Source: Macrostomum lignano (taxonomy: Eukaryota). Taken from it: a DNA stretch of 64,000 nt. Where the stretch lies: NCBI GenBank assembly GCA_002269645.1, contig NIVC01002124.1, positions 62,001-126,000 of the forward strand, read 5' to 3'. Position numbers and translations under genes: made by a program. The notes under the pieces are model-generated. The model was given only the letters and a program-made list of their open reading frames with translations, was not told where the DNA came from and searched no databases. This document shows positions 62,101 to 64,000 of this stretch, one piece after another; within the stretch, counting starts at the first letter, position 1; every line of letters starts with the position of its first letter.

Positions 62101-62995
62101 TAAGCAGGTTGCATGCTTTGTCCTTGAATAATAAGATCCAGCAGAGTATCAGACGACTGCCGGTCCTGATGTCGTTGCCTACTCGCAGCAATTCGTAGTA
62201 CATTAGGAGATGGCAACAACCGAATGTCCCCATCTGCTGCGATTTCTGCCCTTACCCGCGTGGCACTTGAAGAGCAAACTCTTTTGGCCAATTCAATACG
62301 TCGCTCCCCACATAGAGGACGTGCCTTGGTAGCATGCTTAGTAGGATTCGTTTTGACTTCAAGCGAACAGAGCAACCTGTTTCCAGAGTGGAGCACTTTC
62401 AAACGGAATAGGCCAGTGCAACCATCAACATTGCAGTAAACATCTGCAGATATGTAGCCTGCATTGTGCTTATGCCTGCGCATACACAGGGTGCACTTGA
62501 GTGATGAAGAGAACGACAAAAGAACATAGTCATGCCAGCTCTTTTTCAGATTGCCACTACCATCGAAAACGTGGTCAATGTCAACGAAGCTTTGGTGTAA
62601 TTGCGTTTCAGCTGTTGTACTGCTGGAAGACCTGAAATCAAAACGAAGAAGACGAAATTATAGATGACTATGTCAAAGTTATAAGAAAAGCCAAAGTAAG
62701 AGCGCATCAAGAAAAGCAATACTTACGCTGTATTGCTCGGTATCTCACTCAAAGAATTTCCGGTGATGACAGCCTGAACTTCAGCGATGATATTGCTTCT
62801 TCTGAATTTGTCATAGAGCCATCTGCGACTTGATTCGTTAGTGCCATCAAGACCAAGTAAATCAGCAAGTCTCTGAAGTATGCCATTCGCATTACGCCAA
62901 GTAGGAATCCCAGCGGAAAACTCAGCAACATCAACCTGACCAGATACAATGACCTTCTTGATGTCTTCCAGGGTCACTGAACTAGTGAAATTCAT
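59198..62995 (-). CDS. MULE/NOF-like DDE transposase fused to a USP-like cysteine protease domain, 3 exons, 1128 aa
   Basis: Exons 62995-62727, 62631-59689, 59372-59198 (3387 nt). Donors GC|gtaagt and CG|gtgagt, acceptors ttcag|, both phase 2. Zn finger CNVDGC..H; GMDSTG, TLDFN, RSH, TELWM; NTCTVD, LPPLLVV, AHWVA, YDD. Confidence 0.85.
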
Positions 62996-63051
62996 GGTTG
63001 GTGACAATATCGACAATCACTTGAAGGGCCTGAAATGGAATAATCATAAAG

Positions 63052-64000
63052 GCAGATATTAACAAGAAACATGAAAAACATGAATTATCATGTTTATATG
63101 ATATACATTACTCAGATATGAAAGGACATGAGTGGAAGTAGCAGATATTGACAAGAAACATGAAAAACATGAATTATCATGTTTATATGATATACATTAC
63201 TCAGATATGAAAGGACATGAGTGGAAGTAGCAGATATTGACAAGAAACATGAAAAACATGAATTATCATGTTTATATGATATACATTACTCAGATATGAA
63301 AGGACATGAGTGGAAGTAGCAGATATTGACAAGAAACATGAAAAACATGAATTATCATGTTTATATGATATACATTACTCAGATATGAAAGGACATGAGT
63401 GGAAGTAGCAGATATTGACATGAAACATGAAAAACATGAATTATCATGTTTATATGATATACATTACTCAGATATGAAAGGACATGAGTGGAAGTAGCAG
63501 ATATTGACAAGAAACATGAAAAACATGAATTATCATGTTTATATGAGATTATTACTTAGATATGAAAGGACATGAGTGGAAGTAGCAGATATTGACAAGA
63601 AACATGAAAAACATGAATTATCATGTTTATATGATATACATTACTCAGATATGAAAGGACATGAGTGGAAGTAGCAGATATTGACAAGAAACATGAAAAA
63701 CATGAATTATCATGTTTATATGAGATTATTACTTAGATATAAAACTTAAAAAGGCACAAGTGGAACTAACATGGAAGCACTTGATGTTGAGTGTATATTA
63801 TACACAGAAACAGATTTTGTTTTTTGTGAATATGAGTTATCTATCAAATATATAATTTGGAGATTAATATAATTATTTTTGTTATTGATTTAAAGAATAT
63901 ATTACATTCTAGACTTGTAACTCAAACAATTATATTAAAAATGAGCCATAGCTATATGTATGTTAATTAAAAAAAGACTAAAAGTTTTGCCTATTGAACT
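63052..64000 (-). repeat. Right inverted arm (partial): ~8 x 89-bp array (63052-63740) plus AT-rich unique sequence
   Basis: Reverse complement of the left arm. Confidence 0.95.

Larger units (their letters stand above)
53090..64000 (-). mobile_element. Large Foldback/Mutator-like DNA transposon with kb-long inverted arms and two convergent genes; right end outside the window, left end approximate
   Basis: 63052-64000 is the reverse complement of the 54360-56466 arm, apart from array copy number. The internal - strand gene has MULE-type DDE motifs. Confidence 0.85.

Noticed and set aside
53090-64000. Polinton/Maverick or endogenous virus as the identity of the long-inverted-repeat element
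   Set aside because: No protein-primed PolB, retroviral integrase, ATPase or capsid motifs; the transposase motifs are MULE-type.

Overview
Eukaryotic, intron-rich animal DNA with a different minisatellite in almost every intron. This style suggests a free-living flatworm such as Macrostomum lignano (inference, not checked). Hand splicing gives four host gene types: (1) a tandem pair of beta/atypical soluble guanylate cyclases on +, of which copy 1 lacks its 5' exons in this window and copy 2 is complete (11 exons, 663 aa), both ending in CxLL; (2) a multi-exon TRPM channel on -; (3) ERGIC3 on - (4 exons, 388 aa); (4) the 3' exons of a diacylglycerol lipase on -. Mobile DNA includes tRNA/CORE-type SINEs, a hAT MITE nested in one SINE, a LINE 3' fragment and a decayed Gypsy RT. 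The standout is the last ~11 kb: a Foldback/Mutator-like element with kb-long inverted arms containing 89-bp tandem arrays and two convergent internal genes. The - strand gene splices (3 exons, GT-AG, phases match) into a 1128-aa protein: zinc finger + MULE-type DDE transposase + repeat linker + a USP-like cysteine-protease domain. Its His/Asp box lies in a third exon that the ORF track misses. Most long ORFs in the ORF track are artefacts of stop-free tandem repeats. All domain calls come from motif recognition by eye; no searches were run.
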